From an uncultured Bacteroidales bacterium (lineage in GTDB: Bacteria; Bacteroidota; Bacteroidia; Bacteroidales; UBA932): DNA of 64,000 bases. Where the stretch lies: positions 12,027-76,026 of the forward strand of contig CALUQB010000009.1 in NCBI GenBank assembly GCA_944322815.1. Reading direction: 5' to 3'. A program made the translations under genes and the position numbers. The notes below the pieces were generated by a model that searched no databases, had not been told where the DNA came from, and was given only the letters and a program-made list of their open reading frames with translations. Positions 28,142 to 38,567 of this stretch are shown here, piece after piece; position 1 is the stretch's first letter; each line of letters begins with the position of its first letter.

Positions 28142-29149
28142 TTATACAGTCTTTTTCTTGGGTTCAATGTTATATTTGGATACATCCATTCCAAATGAAA
28201 GCTTCATCTTTTCTACCAGGAGATCGATCTCGTTGAGAGACTTGCGTCCGAAATTCCTGAATTTCATCAGCTCGGATCTCGAATATGAAACCAGATCGGC
28301 GAATGTATCGATATCTGCCGCCTTCAGGCAATTGTAAGCTCTCACCGACAGTCCCATATCGGAAAGCTTGGTGAGGAGCAGGTGTCTCATTCTGAGAGAC
28401 TCTTCATCCAACTCCTTCGAATCGGACTCCACAGCACTTTCGAGAGAAAGTTTCTTCTCGTCGGTAAACAGCTTGAAGTGATAGATAAGGATGTTGGCAG
28501 CCTCCTGAAGAGCAAGCTTAGGAGTTATTGAGCCGTCAGTTATGATTTCAAGAGTCAACTTTTCGTAATCGGTTTTCTGTTCCACACGCCAGTTGTCCAC
28601 GATCCAGTTCACGTTCTTGATCGGAGTGTAGATGGCATCGACAGGGATGGTTCCGATAGGAGTATCCGAATCGATATTGTCATCAGCCGGAACGAAACCG
28701 CGTCCTTTGCCGATATTGAGAGAAATCTCCAGCTTTACGGACGGTTCGAGCGAACAGATGTGCAGTTCAGGATTCAACACCTTGAAAGAAGACAATCCTT
28801 TGGAAATATCCTCCGCGGTAAACTCCTGTTTGCCGCTGATAACGATGTTTGCCACCTCGGAGTCTACAGTCTCTACCATTCTCTTGAATCTCACCTGCTT
28901 GAGATTCAGAATAATATCCTGCATCCCCTCGATCACTCCCGGTATGGTAGCGAACTCCTGGTCCACTCCCGAAATCTTGACCGAATTGATAGCAAACCCT
29001 TCCAGAGAAGACAACAATATCCGGCGGAGAGCATTACCGATGGTCTGGCCGTACCCAGGCTCGAGAGGCCTGAATTCGAAGCGACCCACGGTATCGGTTC
29101 CTTCGAGCATTATTACCTTATCCGGTTTCTGAAATGCTAAGATTGCCAT
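28142..29149 (-). CDS. rpoA: RNA polymerase alpha subunit
   Basis: [29 protein letters not shown]. Confidence 0.98.
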   Translation of the reverse strand: MAILAFQKPDKVIMLEGTDTVGRFEFRPLEPGYGQTIGNALRRILLSSLEGFAINSVKISGVDQEFATIPGVIEGMQDIILNLKQVRFKRMVETVDSEVANIVISGKQEFTAEDISKGLSSFKVLNPELHICSLEPSVKLEISLNIGKGRGFVPADDNIDSDTPIGTIPVDAIYTPIKNVNWIVDNWRVEQKTDYEKLTLEIITDGSITPKLALQEAANILIYHFKLFTDEKKLSLESAVESDSKELDEESLRMRHLLLTKLSDMGLSVRAYNCLKAADIDTFADLVSYSRSELMKFRNFGRKSLNEIDLLVEKMKLSFGMDVSKYNIEPKKKTV

Positions 29150-29176
29150 ATTGATTTTCTTTATTGGTGTTAATTA

Positions 29177-29779
29177 TTATTTAGAGTACAACTCGACGAT
29201 CAGCTGCTCGTTGATGTTCTCAGGAATCTCTTCCCTTACAGGGACATTGAGATATTTGCCGGTCAGAGTCTTGGCATCGAACTCTATCCATGAATACTTA
29301 GGGGCTGAAGCCACGCTGTTCTGGATAACTTCGAGGCTCTTTGACCTTTCCCTTACAGCCACGACGTCACCAGGCTTAACCTGTGCGGAAGGGATGTTGC
29401 AGACGATTCCGTTCAGGGTGATGTGGCAGTGTGAAACGAGCTGTCTGGCAGCTGCCCTTGTAGGAGCTACACCCATACGGTAAACCAGATTGTCAAGACG
29501 TGACTCCAGAAGGATAAGGAGGTTCTCACCTTTCTGACCCTTCATACGGGATGCCTTCTCGTATGTGTTGCGGAACTGTCTCTCGAGCAGGCCGTATGTA
29601 TATTTCACTTTCTGTTTCTCCCTGAGCTGCGTACCGTACTCTGAAGTCTTCTTACGCTTTCTTGCCAGGCCGTGCTGTCCCGGAGGGTAATTCCTTTTCT
29701 CGAAATCCTTGTCTGTTCCGAAGATAGGTTCTCCGAATCTACGAGCAATCTTAGTAGTTGGTCCAATATATCTTGCCAT
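29177..29779 (-). CDS. rpsD: 30S ribosomal protein S4
   Basis: [28 protein letters not shown]. Confidence 0.98.
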   Translation of the reverse strand: MARYIGPTTKIARRFGEPIFGTDKDFEKRNYPPGQHGLARKRKKTSEYGTQLREKQKVKYTYGLLERQFRNTYEKASRMKGQKGENLLILLESRLDNLVYRMGVAPTRAAARQLVSHCHITLNGIVCNIPSAQVKPGDVVAVRERSKSLEVIQNSVASAPKYSWIEFDAKTLTGKYLNVPVREEIPENINEQLIVELYSK

Positions 29780-29804
29780 AGTAATTTTCCTTTATCAATA
29801 AAAA

Positions 29805-30197
29805 TTAAACTTTACGACGGCCTTTTGGTCTACATCCGTTATGAGGCATAGGAGTCACATCGATGATTTCGGTAACTTCTATTCCGGCACCATGAATAGT
29901 TCTGATGGCTGACTCACGTCCGGCACCAGGACCCTTTACATAAGCTTTCACCTTGCGGAGACCGAGATCGTACGCAGTTTTCGCTGCATCGGCTGCAGCT
30001 ACCTGGGCAGCATACGGAGTGTTCTTCTTGGAACCGCGGAAACCGCTCTTTCCGGCTGATGACCAGCTGATGACCTGACCTACGCTGTTGGTAAGAGTAA
30101 CGATGACGTTGTTGAAGGTCGATGAAATATGAGCCTCGCCATAAGCGTCAACCTTGACAACTCTTTTCTTGTTTGTTGATGTTGTTTTCTTTGCCAT
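29805..30197 (-). CDS. rpsK: 30S ribosomal protein S11
   Basis: [12 protein letters not shown]. Confidence 0.98.
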   Translation of the reverse strand: MAKKTTSTNKKRVVKVDAYGEAHISSTFNNVIVTLTNSVGQVISWSSAGKSGFRGSKKNTPYAAQVAAADAAKTAYDLGLRKVKAYVKGPGAGRESAIRTIHGAGIEVTEIIDVTPMPHNGCRPKGRRKV

Positions 30198-30210
30198 AAT
30201 TCATCTCCCG

Positions 30211-30588
30211 TTATTTGGTTGCCTTCTTCTTGTTTGCAACTGTTTTCTTCTTACCCTTTCTTGTACGGGCATTGTTCTTGGTGCTCTGGCCACGCACAGG
30301 AAGTCCGTTACGGTGGCGGATACCCCTGTAACAGCCGATATCCATCAGACGTTTGATATTCATCTGGATAGTAGAACGAAGCTCACCTTCGATCTTGTAC
30401 TCGGTCGCAATGACGTTACGGATTCCTGCGATCTGCTCGTCATTCCACTCGCCTACCTTGGTATCGAAATCGATTCCGAGTCCTGACAGGATCTTCCTTG
30501 CTGAGCTGCGGCCAATCCCGAAGATATAGGTCAGACCTATTTCTCCTCTCTTGTTGTTTGGTAAATCAACTCCGGCTATTCTTGCCAT
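30211..30588 (-). CDS. rpsM: 30S ribosomal protein S13
   Basis: [27 protein letters not shown]. Confidence 0.98.
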   Translation of the reverse strand: MARIAGVDLPNNKRGEIGLTYIFGIGRSSARKILSGLGIDFDTKVGEWNDEQIAGIRNVIATEYKIEGELRSTIQMNIKRLMDIGCYRGIRHRNGLPVRGQSTKNNARTRKGKKKTVANKKKATK

Positions 30589-30628
30589 AATTATCTTGAA
30601 TTTTACTTATTATACAACTTAATAAATA

Positions 30629-30745
30629 TTATCCCTGACGCATTTTGAATTTAGGATTTTTTTTGCAGATCACGTAAAGACGGCCTTTGCGCTTTACGAT
30701 CTTGCAGTCCTCGCTGCGTTTCTTTATGGATGTCTTGACTTTCAT
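30629..30745 (-). CDS. rpmJ: 50S ribosomal protein L36
   Basis: Hand translation: [38 protein letters not shown] (38 aa, below the ORF-track cutoff). Confidence 0.97.
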   Translation of the reverse strand: MKVKTSIKKRSEDCKIVKRKGRLYVICKKNPKFKMRQG

Positions 30746-30757
30746 TTTCGTAATTTT

Positions 30758-30976
30758 TTATTTGTACCTGAATGAAATCCTTCCCTTAGTCAAATCGTAT
30801 GGTGACATTTCGACTCTGACCCTGTCTCCCGGCAGAATCTTGATGTAGTGCATTCTCATCTTTCCTGAGATATGAGCCAGAATCACATGGCCGTTTTCCA
30901 GCTCGACCTTAAACATTGCGTTCGGCAGTGTCTCAACGATGACACCTTCCTGTTCTATTGCTGACTGTTTCGGCAT
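30758..30976 (-). CDS. infA: Translation initiation factor IF-1
   Basis: [13 protein letters not shown]...HISGKMR. Confidence 0.98.
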   Translation of the reverse strand: MPKQSAIEQEGVIVETLPNAMFKVELENGHVILAHISGKMRMHYIKILPGDRVRVEMSPYDLTKGRISFRYK

Positions 30977-30987
30977 TAAATATCACT

Positions 30988-31764
30988 TTAAAATTCAACA
31001 TCAGACTTTTCAATATAATCAAAGGTTGACAGAACTTCAGGAACGCCTTTTCTGACAACAACCGTAAGCTCGAAGTGCGCTGAATTCCTGTGGTCCGCCG
31101 TGTGTACTTCCCAACCATTTCTTGCAAGATACACATTTCGCGTCCCGGCATTTATCATCGGTTCGATACAAATCGTCATCCCGTCCACAAGCTTGGGACC
31201 GCTGCCCTTCCTGCCGTAATTCGGGACTCCCGGATTCTCGTGCATGTGCCTGCCGATACCATGACCTTCAAGTTCACGCACCACTGAGAAGCCGGCCGAT
31301 TCTGCATACGACTGCACCGCGTGTCCGATATCTCCGATCCTGTTTCCGTCCACTGCCATCTCTATTCCCTTGTACAACGATGCCTTGGTGACATCCAGGA
31401 GTCTGCGGGTCTCCTCATCCACTTCCCCTACGGGGAAAGTATAGGCTGAATCGCCGTTATAACCCTTGTACAGAGTCCCGCAGTCCACTGAGACTATATC
31501 CCCTTCTTTCAGCACATAGTCTGAAGGAAAACCGTGGACTACGGTATCATTTACCGAAATACAAAGGGCAGCTGGAAAGCCCTCGTAACCCAAGAAGCTG
31601 GGTATAGCTCCGTGATCACGGATGTAGGTCTCTGCCAGCCTATTCAACTCAAGAGTTGTCACACCAGGGGCGACAGCCTTACCGACCACAGCCAATGTCT
31701 TGGATACGAGAATCGCATTCTCGCGCATCAGCGCTATTTCTTCTTCTGTCTTGGGCCTTACCAT
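30988..31764 (-). CDS. map: Methionine aminopeptidase type I
   Basis: DIVSVDCG, GHGIG, ICIEPM, HFE. Confidence 0.97.
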   Translation of the reverse strand: MVRPKTEEEIALMRENAILVSKTLAVVGKAVAPGVTTLELNRLAETYIRDHGAIPSFLGYEGFPAALCISVNDTVVHGFPSDYVLKEGDIVSVDCGTLYKGYNGDSAYTFPVGEVDEETRRLLDVTKASLYKGIEMAVDGNRIGDIGHAVQSYAESAGFSVVRELEGHGIGRHMHENPGVPNYGRKGSGPKLVDGMTICIEPMINAGTRNVYLARNGWEVHTADHRNSAHFELTVVVRKGVPEVLSTFDYIEKSDVEF

Positions 31765-31784
31765 ATACCAATGAACTACTGAAA

Positions 31785-33122
31785 TTACATTCCTGAGCGT
31801 CCTTTCAGACGACCTGTCTTCATCAGACCGTCATAGTGACGCATAAGCAAATGACTCTCGATCTGCTGGAGAGTATCCAGAACCACACCCACAAGGATCA
31901 GCAGCGAAGTACCGCCGTAGAAGCTTGCAAACTGGTTGTTCACTCCCAGGAGCATTGCGAATGCAGGGAGTATGGCGATAAGCGCGAGGAAGATGGAACC
32001 AGGAAGAGTCACTCTGGACATGATGGAGTCAAGATACTCGACGGTCTTCTTTCCCGGCTTCACGCCAGGGATGAACCCTCCGTTCTGCTTCAACTGTTCG
32101 GCCATCATGGTAGGATTCACAGTGACAGCAGTATAGAAATATGTGAAAATCACAACGAGAAGTCCGAATATAAGGTTATACCAGAAACCGGTATAATTGC
32201 TCAAAGTGGCAGCGAGGCCTCTTGTGGCATCGAACTGTGAGAAAATCAGCGGGAAAAGCATAAGCGCCTGCGCGAAGATGATCGGCATGACACCGGCTGC
32301 GTTGATTTTCATAGGGATATACTGGCGTACCCCGCCGTACTGCTTGTTTCCGACGATCCTCTTTGCATACTGTACAGGCACTTTCCTGACACCCTGGACG
32401 AGGGCGATGGCAGCCACGAATACAAAGAACAGGATCACGAGTTCGACAATCAGCAGGAGGACACCGCCGGCAGTATTGTTTACTTTCTCTCCGATCTCGG
32501 CTGTAAGGGCATAAGGCAGACGGGCGATGATACCCACCATGATGATGAGGGAAATTCCGTTTCCGATACCTCTGTCCGTAATCCTTTCACCGAGCCACAT
32601 GACGAACATCGTACCGCCGATCAGGATGATCGTGGAGACGAAGTTGAACATGAAGTTGCTCCATCCGAGATTATGTACGGCCAGGAATGCGCTCTCAGGA
32701 ATCTGGTTGTGAAGGGCAGCCATATAGGCAGGACCCTGGATGCAGAGGATGAGGATGGTCAGATATCTGGTCATCTGGTTCATCTTCCTCCTTCCGCTCT
32801 CCCCTTCCATCTGGAGCTTCCTGAAATAAGGGACGAACACGCCAAGAAGCTGGATGACGATAGATGCCGAGATATAAGGCATCACACCCAGTGCAAAGAT
32901 TGAAGCATTACCGAAAGCACCGCCCGAGAACATGTTCAGCAGGCCTACGAGACCTTCCTGAGTATTGTCCTGAAGATTGGCCAGCTGGGCCGAGTCGATG
33001 CCGGGAAGCACGATGAACGAGCCCAGACGATAAACCAGCAGCAAAAGAATCGTATACACGATTCTCTTGCGCAGTTCTTCAATCTTGAAGATGTTTCTGA
33101 TAGTCTGGATAAACTTCTTCAT
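31785..33122 (-). CDS. secY: Preprotein translocase SecY
   Basis: SIFALGVMPYISASI, WLGERIT, GGTSLLI. Confidence 0.98.
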   Translation of the reverse strand: MKKFIQTIRNIFKIEELRKRIVYTILLLLVYRLGSFIVLPGIDSAQLANLQDNTQEGLVGLLNMFSGGAFGNASIFALGVMPYISASIVIQLLGVFVPYFRKLQMEGESGRRKMNQMTRYLTILILCIQGPAYMAALHNQIPESAFLAVHNLGWSNFMFNFVSTIILIGGTMFVMWLGERITDRGIGNGISLIIMVGIIARLPYALTAEIGEKVNNTAGGVLLLIVELVILFFVFVAAIALVQGVRKVPVQYAKRIVGNKQYGGVRQYIPMKINAAGVMPIIFAQALMLFPLIFSQFDATRGLAATLSNYTGFWYNLIFGLLVVIFTYFYTAVTVNPTMMAEQLKQNGGFIPGVKPGKKTVEYLDSIMSRVTLPGSIFLALIAILPAFAMLLGVNNQFASFYGGTSLLILVGVVLDTLQQIESHLLMRHYDGLMKTGRLKGRSGM

Positions 33123-33574
33123 TATTTTTCATTTGTTGTTGCAGTTCCACCCTGAGCTTCGATCTTGGCGATGGCGCTCTTTGAGAATGCGTCAGCGGAC
33201 ACTTCGAGTTTGGCAGTCAGTTCACCGTTTCCAAGAATCTTCACAAGTGCAGTCTTGGCTACGATGCCGTTTGCTTTCAGAAGCTCGACATCGATGGAGT
33301 TGACTCCGAGCTTGTCAGCTATCTTCTGCAGATCCGCTACATTTATTGCTACATATTCCACTCTGTTAGGATTTGTGAAACCGAACTTAGGAAGACGCCT
33401 CTGGATAGGCATCTGACCTCCTTCGAATCCTATCTTGCGGGAATATCCTGAACGGGCCTGAGCACCCTTGTGACCACGTGTGGATGTGCCACCGTGTCCT
33501 GAGCCCTCGCCACGGCCTATTCTCTTCTTTCTTCCTCTGGAACCTTCTGCAGGTTTTAATTCATGCAATTTCAT
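33122..33574 (-). CDS. rplO: 50S ribosomal protein L15
   Basis: MKLHELKPAEG, GFEGGQMP; start moved to 33574. Confidence 0.97.
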   Translation of the reverse strand: MKLHELKPAEGSRGRKKRIGRGEGSGHGGTSTRGHKGAQARSGYSRKIGFEGGQMPIQRRLPKFGFTNPNRVEYVAINVADLQKIADKLGVNSIDVELLKANGIVAKTALVKILGNGELTAKLEVSADAFSKSAIAKIEAQGGTATTNEK

Positions 33575-33591
33575 TTCTCGATCCTCCAAAT

Positions 33592-33771
33592 TTAAATTTC
33601 CTCAACTTTTACAAGGTGGAGAACCTTCTGAACCATTCCTTTGGTCACCGGGGTAAGCTCTACCTCGACAGTCTGATGCAACCTGTGGATTCCGAGGCAC
33701 TGAAGATTCGCGATCTGCCTCTTGGTCGCTCCGTTCTTGCTCTTAATCTGAGTTATCTTGATTTTTGCCAT
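33592..33771 (-). CDS. rpmD: 50S ribosomal protein L30
   Basis: Hand translation: MAKIKITQIKSKNGATKRQIANLQCLGIHRLHQTVEVELTPVTKGMVQKVLHLVKVEEI; canonical position between rpsE and rplO. Confidence 0.96.
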   Translation of the reverse strand: MAKIKITQIKSKNGATKRQIANLQCLGIHRLHQTVEVELTPVTKGMVQKVLHLVKVEEI

Positions 33772-33785
33772 GTCGTTCTTCCTCC

Positions 33786-34304
33786 TTAACCTTTAAATAC
33801 TCTGCTCATAGGTATACCGCGAAGTCCGGCAATGGTATAAGCATCCCTCATTTCAGCAAGGGCGGCAACAGTGGCCTTTACCAGATTGTGAGGATTTGAA
33901 GATCCCTTTGATTTGGCCAGCACGTTCTGGATACCTACAGACTCGAATACTGCACGCATCGCACCACCGGCCTTCACTCCTGTACCCGGAGCTGCAGGCT
34001 TCATGAATACTTTTGCTCCGCCGAACTTGGCTTCCTGCTCATGAGGAATAGTCTTGTTGAGGACAGGAACCTTCACGAGGTTCTTCTTGGCATCCTCGAT
34101 GCCTTTTGAAATCGCTGTAGTGACCTCATTCGCCTTTCCAAGACCATAACCTACAACGCCGTTCTCGTCACCTACTACAACGATGGCAGCAAAACTGAAG
34201 TGACGGCCACCCTTGGTAACTTTTGTCACCCTCTTGACTGCTACCAGCCTGTCTTTAAGCTCAAGATCAGTTGTCTTTACTCTTTTAACATTTGAATTTG
34301 CCAT
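33786..34304 (-). CDS. rpsE: 30S ribosomal protein S5
   Basis: [20 protein letters not shown]. Confidence 0.98.
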   Translation of the reverse strand: MANSNVKRVKTTDLELKDRLVAVKRVTKVTKGGRHFSFAAIVVVGDENGVVGYGLGKANEVTTAISKGIEDAKKNLVKVPVLNKTIPHEQEAKFGGAKVFMKPAAPGTGVKAGGAMRAVFESVGIQNVLAKSKGSSNPHNLVKATVAALAEMRDAYTIAGLRGIPMSRVFKG

Positions 34305-34308
34305 AGTC

Positions 34309-34671
34309 TTAGAATATTAGGCCACCTTCACGGGCAGCGTCAGCCAAACTTTTTACTCTACCATGATAAAGGTAACCTCCACGGTCGAAAGAGATGGTGG
34401 TGATACCCTTCGCAATGCTGCGCTCTGCGATAGCCTTGCCTACAAGAGCTGCAGCCTCTTTACCGGATTTGCCTTTGCATTCTGCTGCAAGTGCCTTGTC
34501 GTTGGATGAGGCAGACACGAGAGTCACGCCTTTTGTGTCATCGACTACCTGCACATAAATCTGCTTGTTGCTTCTGAACACAACCATTCTTGGTCTCTCA
34601 GCAGTACCATTGACAACTTTACGTATACGGTAATGAATTCTTCTTCTTCTTTCTATCTTAGTCAATGCCAT
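34309..34671 (-). CDS. rplR: 50S ribosomal protein L18
   Basis: [20 protein letters not shown]. Confidence 0.98.
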   Translation of the reverse strand: MALTKIERRRRIHYRIRKVVNGTAERPRMVVFRSNKQIYVQVVDDTKGVTLVSASSNDKALAAECKGKSGKEAAALVGKAIAERSIAKGITTISFDRGGYLYHGRVKSLADAAREGGLIF

Positions 34672-34685
34672 AACTCAATCTCCTA

Positions 34686-35246
34686 TTATTTAGCACCTGC
34701 TGACTTACCAGCCTTACGACGGATCTGCTCGCCGACAAATCTGATACCCTTGCCCTTGTATGGTTCAGGCTTACGCAGAGAACGTATCTTGGCGGCAACC
34801 TGTCCGACAAGCTGTTTGTCGATGCTCTTGAGCACCAGTATAGGGTTCGCACCCTTCTTGACCGGCTCAGCCTCTGCCTTTACTTCCGCAGGGAGCATGA
34901 AATGTACATCGTGTGAGAAACCGAGTGAAAATTCAAGGATCTGGCCTTTGACATCCACACGATAACCGACACCGATAAGTTCCTGTTTGATAGTGTATCC
35001 TTCTGAAACTCCGACTACCATGTTGTGAACCAGTGCACGGTAAAGACCGTGAAGGGAGCGGTGTCTTGGAAGATCGGTAGGACGAGTCAACTTAACTTCA
35101 TTTCCCTCTACGGTTACAGTGATGTCAGCGTCAACTTTCTGGCTGAGTTCCCCGAGAGGTCCTTTAACCTTGACAACGTTGCCAGGGAGCACCTCGACGG
35201 TGACTTTGGCAGGAAGGTGTACAGGCAATTTACCAATTCTTGACAT
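34686..35246 (-). CDS. rplF: 50S ribosomal protein L6
   Basis: MSRIGKLP, PEPYKGKGI. Confidence 0.98.
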   Translation of the reverse strand: MSRIGKLPVHLPAKVTVEVLPGNVVKVKGPLGELSQKVDADITVTVEGNEVKLTRPTDLPRHRSLHGLYRALVHNMVVGVSEGYTIKQELIGVGYRVDVKGQILEFSLGFSHDVHFMLPAEVKAEAEPVKKGANPILVLKSIDKQLVGQVAAKIRSLRKPEPYKGKGIRFVGEQIRRKAGKSAGAK

Positions 35247-35263
35247 TATTCGATTCTTTTAGA

Positions 35264-35659
35264 TTAATATACGTAACATAATACCTCACCACCGACATTC
35301 AGGTCTTTGGCTTCCTTGTCAGTGATGATACCCTTGGAAGTAGACAGTATGGCGATACCGAGACCGTTGAGTACTCTCGGCATTTCATCTACGCCTGTAT
35401 ATTTCCTGAGACCCGGCTTGGATATGCGCTCGATCTTCTTGATGGCTGCAACCTTGGTCTGAGGATGATACTTGAGGGCAATCTTGATAGTGCTTGCAGG
35501 CTGTCCTTCCACTACCTTGTAGCTGAGGATATAGCCTTTTTCACAAAGGATCTTGGTGATAGCCACTTTCATCTTTGAAGAAGGTATTTCCACGATCTTC
35601 TTTCCGGCCATGTACGCATTGCGGACCCTTGTAAGATAATCTGCTATTGGATCAGTCAT
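35264..35659 (-). CDS. rpsH: 30S ribosomal protein S8
   Basis: MTDPIADYLTRVRNA, SKPGLRKY; start moved to 35659. Confidence 0.97.
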   Translation of the reverse strand: MTDPIADYLTRVRNAYMAGKKIVEIPSSKMKVAITKILCEKGYILSYKVVEGQPASTIKIALKYHPQTKVAAIKKIERISKPGLRKYTGVDEMPRVLNGLGIAILSTSKGIITDKEAKDLNVGGEVLCYVY

Positions 35660-35739
35660 TTCTTTTTTTGATTTAAGAACCGGCACAAAGTACTGTGCCC
35701 GATATCCATTGTTAATATTTAATTGTATGATTTCCGATA

Positions 35740-36009
35740 TTACCAGCTTGCCTTCTTTACGCCCGGGATGAGCCCGTTGCTAGCCATCTCACGGAACTGG
35801 ATACGGCTGATGCCGAACAGACGCATATAGCCTTTTGGTCTTCCTGTGAGAGAGCAGCGGTTGTGCATTCTGCAAGGGCTGGAGTTCTTTGGGAGCTTGT
35901 CAAGTGCTGCCCAGTCACCGGCCTCTTTGAGAGCTTTCCTCTTTTCAGCGTATTTGGCAACTAATTTCGCGCGCTTCACTTCGCGGGCTTTCATTGATTC
36001 TTTTGCCAT
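35740..36009 (-). CDS. rpsN: 30S ribosomal protein S14 (long, non-Zn form)
   Basis: [20 protein letters not shown]. Confidence 0.98.
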   Translation of the reverse strand: MAKESMKAREVKRAKLVAKYAEKRKALKEAGDWAALDKLPKNSSPCRMHNRCSLTGRPKGYMRLFGISRIQFREMASNGLIPGVKKASW

Positions 36010-36020
36010 ACCGTTCTCCT

Positions 36021-36626
36021 TTAGTTGTTATGTTTTTTGAAAGGCAGACCGAATTCACGCAGAAGAGCGTGTGCTTCTTCATCCGTCTTTGCCGTAGTCA
36101 CGAATGTGATCTCCATACCGAGAATCTTTGAAATCTTGTCGATGTCGATCTCAGGGAAGATGATCTGCTCCTTGATACCGAGAGTGTAGTTTCCTCTGCC
36201 GTCCATCTTTTCAGAGATGCCGTTGAAATCCCTGATACGCGGAAGCGATATGCGGATCAGTCTCTCGAGGAATTCATACATCTTGGTGGCACGGAGTGTC
36301 ACTTTCACTCCGATAGGGTTTCCCTTACGGAGCTTGAAGTTGGAGATATCCTTCTTGGAAAGAGTAGCGACAGCCTTCTGACCGGCGATGGCAGTCAGCT
36401 CCTGCTGAGCATTCTCCACGAGCTTCTTGTCGCCGGTAGCGTCACCGACACCCTGGTTGATAGTGATCTTCACGAGCTTCGGAACCTGCATCACGGTAGT
36501 GTACGAGAATTCCTTCATAAGCTTCGGCACTATCTCATCCTTGTATAATTTCTTCAGTGTCGGAACATATCCTGCAGGTACCGCAGCGACGTTCGCCACT
36601 TCTGTAGTCTTTTTAGTCTTTGCCAT
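36021..36626 (-). CDS. rplE: 50S ribosomal protein L5
   Basis: [23 protein letters not shown]. Confidence 0.98.
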   Translation of the reverse strand: MAKTKKTTEVANVAAVPAGYVPTLKKLYKDEIVPKLMKEFSYTTVMQVPKLVKITINQGVGDATGDKKLVENAQQELTAIAGQKAVATLSKKDISNFKLRKGNPIGVKVTLRATKMYEFLERLIRISLPRIRDFNGISEKMDGRGNYTLGIKEQIIFPEIDIDKISKILGMEITFVTTAKTDEEAHALLREFGLPFKKHNN

Positions 36627-36943
36627 TATTTGATCTCCTCTCCAGATTTTTTAGCATAGCGGATTTTCTTTCCATCGACGAACTTGTATCCTATTCTGGT
36701 AGGACCGCCCTTTGAAGGGTCCACGAGCTGAAGATTGGAAATATGGATTCCTGCCTCTTGTTTAACAATACCGCCTTGAGGATTCTTAGGATTCGGTTTG
36801 GTATGCTTGCTGACCATGTTGATACCTTCCACGATAACACGGTCCTTGGCACGAATCACCTCAAGCACCTTGCCGGTCTTACCCTTGTCATTACCGGCAT
36901 TGACATAGACTGTATCGCCTTTCTTGATATATACTTTCTTCAT
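36626..36943 (-). CDS. rplX: 50S ribosomal protein L24
   Basis: [25 protein letters not shown]. Confidence 0.98.
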   Translation of the reverse strand: MKKVYIKKGDTVYVNAGNDKGKTGKVLEVIRAKDRVIVEGINMVSKHTKPNPKNPQGGIVKQEAGIHISNLQLVDPSKGGPTRIGYKFVDGKKIRYAKKSGEEIK

Positions 36944-36954
36944 AACGATCTCAA

Positions 36955-37320
36955 TTAAAGTACCTCAGGTGCCAGTGAAACGATTTTCATGAAATTCTCA
37001 CGGAGTTCCCTTGCGACAGGGCCGAAAATACGTGTACCGCGGACTTCTCCCTGGTTGTTGAGGAGAACGCATGCATTGTCGTCGAAACGGATATACGAAC
37101 CGTCAGGTCTGCGTATCTCTTTCTTTGTGCGGACTACTACAGCCTTGGATACTGAACCTTTCTTGGCATCCCCGCCAGGGATTGCACTCTTCACGGCAAC
37201 GACGATCTTGTCGCCTACCTTAGCATAACGGCGGCGCGTACCACCCAGTACACGGATGCAGAGAACTTCCTTTGCACCACTGTTGTCTGCCACCTGTAAA
37301 CGTGTTTCCTGCTGTATCAT
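36955..37320 (-). CDS. rplN: 50S ribosomal protein L14
   Basis: [22 protein letters not shown]. Confidence 0.98.
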   Translation of the reverse strand: MIQQETRLQVADNSGAKEVLCIRVLGGTRRRYAKVGDKIVVAVKSAIPGGDAKKGSVSKAVVVRTKKEIRRPDGSYIRFDDNACVLLNNQGEVRGTRIFGPVARELRENFMKIVSLAPEVL

Positions 37321-37322
37321 TG

Positions 37323-37580
37323 TTATTTAACTTTTTCTACTATTTCTACTAATCTCCAGTTCTTTGTCTTGCTCAACGGACGAGTCTCCATGATACGCAC
37401 GGTATCTCCCTCGCTGCACTCGTTCTTCTCGTCATGAGCTACGAACTTGGTGGTCTTCTTTACGAACTTACCGTAAATAGGATGCTTTTCTTTTGTTGCA
37501 ACGGCAACTACGATAGACTTGTCCATCTTGTTGCTGACCACGATTCCTATCCTTTCCTTACGAAGATTTCTTTCCATCAC
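37323..37580 (-). CDS. rpsQ: 30S ribosomal protein S17
   Basis: [22 protein letters not shown]. Confidence 0.98.
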   Translation of the reverse strand: MMERNLRKERIGIVVSNKMDKSIVVAVATKEKHPIYGKFVKKTTKFVAHDEKNECSEGDTVRIMETRPLSKTKNWRLVEIVEKVK

Positions 37581-37589
37581 ACTGAAATT

Positions 37590-37784
37590 TTAGTTCTGTT
37601 TTTCCTTTTCTGCCAGGATAGTCATCATTCTTGCGATATCCTTCCTGGACTTGGCTATCTTAGACGTATCCTCTAAAGGAGAAATAGTGTGATTTATCTT
37701 CATGGTGTCAAGAGCCGCCTTCTCTGCCTCGATACGTTCACGCAGATCGCTGATTGACATTTCGCGTACTTCAGATGCTTTCAT
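37590..37784 (-). CDS. rpmC: 50S ribosomal protein L29
   Basis: MKASEVREMS...RKDIARMMT; start moved to 37784. Confidence 0.95.
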   Translation of the reverse strand: MKASEVREMSISDLRERIEAEKAALDTMKINHTISPLEDTSKIAKSRKDIARMMTILAEKEKQN

Positions 37785-37800
37785 TTTTTCTCCTTGATAA

Positions 37801-38220
37801 TTATTCAACATAGTCTCTACGTACCACAAACTTGGTGGTGACCGGAAGCTTCTGGGCACCAAGACGGAGAGCCTCCTTGGCGATCTCCATAGGAACTCCC
37901 TCAGCCTCTATAAGGATACGGCCCGGAGTTACAGGACAAACGAATCCCTCTGGATTACCCTTACCTTTACCCATACGCACTTCGGCAGGCTTCCTGGTAT
38001 ATGGCTTGTCAGGGAATATCCTGATCCAGATCTTACCCTCACGCTTCATATAACGCACGACGGCCTGACGCGCAGCCTCGATCTGGCGGCCTGTAAGCCA
38101 GCAATTTTCCAGTGTCTTGATGCCGAAAGAACCGAACACAAGCTGATTGCCTCTCTGGGCAAGGCCTTTCATACGACCTTTTTGCTGCCTTCTAAATTTT
38201 GTTTTCTTCGGTTGTAACAT
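37801..38220 (-). CDS. rplP: 50S ribosomal protein L16
   Basis: [17 protein letters not shown]. Confidence 0.98.
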   Translation of the reverse strand: MLQPKKTKFRRQQKGRMKGLAQRGNQLVFGSFGIKTLENCWLTGRQIEAARQAVVRYMKREGKIWIRIFPDKPYTRKPAEVRMGKGKGNPEGFVCPVTPGRILIEAEGVPMEIAKEALRLGAQKLPVTTKFVVRRDYVE

Positions 38221-38307
38221 TGTCTATTACTTTTAAAATTCACTTCAAATTCCTTAAATAATTGAGTATCAGCTGGTTGGGCGGACTTATCCTCAATTAA
38301 GGGACTG

Positions 38308-38337
38308 CAAAGATAGTAATTTTTTCTGAATTGCAAA
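38308..38337 (-). promoter_or_regulatory. Primary-sigma promoter driving rplP and downstream genes
   Basis: Minus strand TTTG (38337-38334), 18 nt, TATCTTTG (38315-38308). Confidence 0.8.
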
Positions 38338-38348
38338 TATTTTTTCAT

Positions 38349-38450
38349 AAAAATTCAGATATTTTCGACCGGAATTTCTGCACCTTAAATCAGGAAAAAT
38401 CATCAAGTTATGAATACTGTTCAAAAAAATTCAGGATCATTTTCGACCGG
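38349..38450. repeat. Imperfect direct repeat pair
   Basis: AAAAATTCAGATATTTTCGACCGG (38349-38372) and AAAAATTCAGGATCATTTTCGACCGG (38425-38450). Confidence 0.7.
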
Positions 38451-38506
38451 TGCGGAACTTCACCGGCAGAACGGCGGACAGCCGGGGCGTATAGTCAAAA
38501 TATTGC

Positions 38507-38514
38507 TATATTTG
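38507..38514 (+). promoter_or_regulatory. -7 promoter element for the DUF4294 gene
   Basis: TATATTTG 53 nt before the ATG; no clear -33 box. Confidence 0.5.
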
Positions 38515-38567
38515 CACCTTGCTACAAGCCGGAACGACAGGAAATTTCCGGATAAGATCATCCGAAC

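Noticed and set aside
30629-30745. L36 with incomplete Zn ligands and the long non-Zn S14
   Set aside because: Usual for Bacteroidota ribosomal proteins.
27612-38220. Lower GC and different codon usage of the ribosomal cluster
   Set aside because: Expected for highly expressed genes; not evidence of horizontal transfer.
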